A DNA stretch of 64,000 bases, taken from contig OZ336876.1 in the NCBI GenBank assembly GCA_965287045.1, forward strand, positions 3,348,001-3,412,000. The letters run 5' to 3'. Position numbers and translations under genes: made by a program. Positions 63,443 through 64,000 of the stretch are shown in pieces (within the stretch, counting starts at the first letter, position 1; every line of letters begins with the position of its first letter). The notes below the pieces were generated by a model. The model saw only the letters and a list, made by a program, of their open reading frames with translations, had not been told where the DNA came from and did not search any database. The stretch is from Carcharhinus amblyrhynchos (Eukaryota).

Positions 63443-63721
63443 CCTTGACGGAAATTGATACCTCATCACTCTTCTTTTTCAATGTATAACGCCGAGAATT
63501 TGCTTCACAGTGATAGATCCCAGAGTCACTCAAGGAAGCCACAACTTCGTATTTATAGCTGGGAACGGAATTATAATTTAATTGTCTGCTGTCCTTGTAA
63601 AATGAGTATTGAAGCCGCTCATACTTCTGCCTTGTTTGCACAGCACAAATAAGTTTTAATGGCTGTCCCTCCAATATTTCATTTATTGGATCAATCTTCA
63701 GTGTTGGCTTGGAGAAGAGTT
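63443..63721 (-). CDS. FCRL D3-type Ig exon
   Basis: cattgcag|AA ... AAGG|gtacgt; 279 bp, phase 1-1; ELFSKPTLKI..EGQPLKLIC..LQYSFYKD..DSGIYHCEA..KKKS motif of FcR/FCRL D3 domains. Confidence 0.93.
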
Positions 63722-64000
63722 CTGCAATGACATGAATGGAATTTACACTTGGCTATTGCCATCTCTTAGTTAAATGCTTACTTGGCGCTGAGATTAAGTG
63801 CAGGGTAAAGCAAATGAATCCCAGAATATTTATTACAACATTAAGACGATTCTGATCAACCTGCTTTTCAGGCATTGCAATCTTTCTGTTCTTGAATTCA
63901 CGTACAGTGAGTTGTGCTGCCGAATGTCCATGGATAGATCAAGATTATTCTAATATTTGGCATACCATCCTTTTCATCATAGATGCAGAGATACTGCAGC

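Larger units (their letters stand above)
38252..63721 (-). other. Gene model (5' part outside window): Fc receptor-like (FCRL) ITIM-bearing receptor, 10 exons visible
   Basis: Exons 63443-63721, 61550-61828, 60381-60668, 56041-56343, 54010-54114, 52765-52795, 49004-49089, 43335-43400, 41297-41328, 38252-38380; all AG/GT, phases consistent, one open frame. Confidence 0.88.

Noticed and set aside
1-64000. Prokaryotic systems (CRISPR, operons), rRNA, or RSS-flanked V(D)J segments
   Set aside because: The sequence is vertebrate-like; no regular repeat-spacer array was seen, and the Ig exons end in splice donors, not heptamer/nonamer signals

Overview
Eukaryotic, repeat-rich genomic DNA, very likely from an elasmobranch (shark/ray), inferred from dense CR1/HER1-type LINE fragments, HE1-type tRNA SINEs and Deu-domain (SacSINE1-like) SINEs. 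Most six-frame ORFs are LINE debris or chance ORFs. Reading splice sites by hand yields two convergent, intron-containing Ig-superfamily receptor genes. (1) + strand, 4415-16280: an LRC-type/HIDE1(C19orf38)-like Ig domain, a TM exon and four cytoplasmic exons, with no ITIM/ITAM; the leader exon was not found. (2) - strand, 63721-38252, 5' end outside the window: an Fc-receptor-like (FCRL) inhibitory receptor with at least 4 Ig exons, a TM exon and five cytoplasmic exons carrying two ITIMs (LVYSLV, VTYAAL) and a terminal DYENL. All exon phases chain without stops. Between the 3' ends lies a repeat-poor block with a clustered EICE/RUNX/E-box/octamer enhancer candidate. Exon coordinates were counted by hand, repeat boundaries are approximate, and family assignments rest on recalled motifs rather than database searches.
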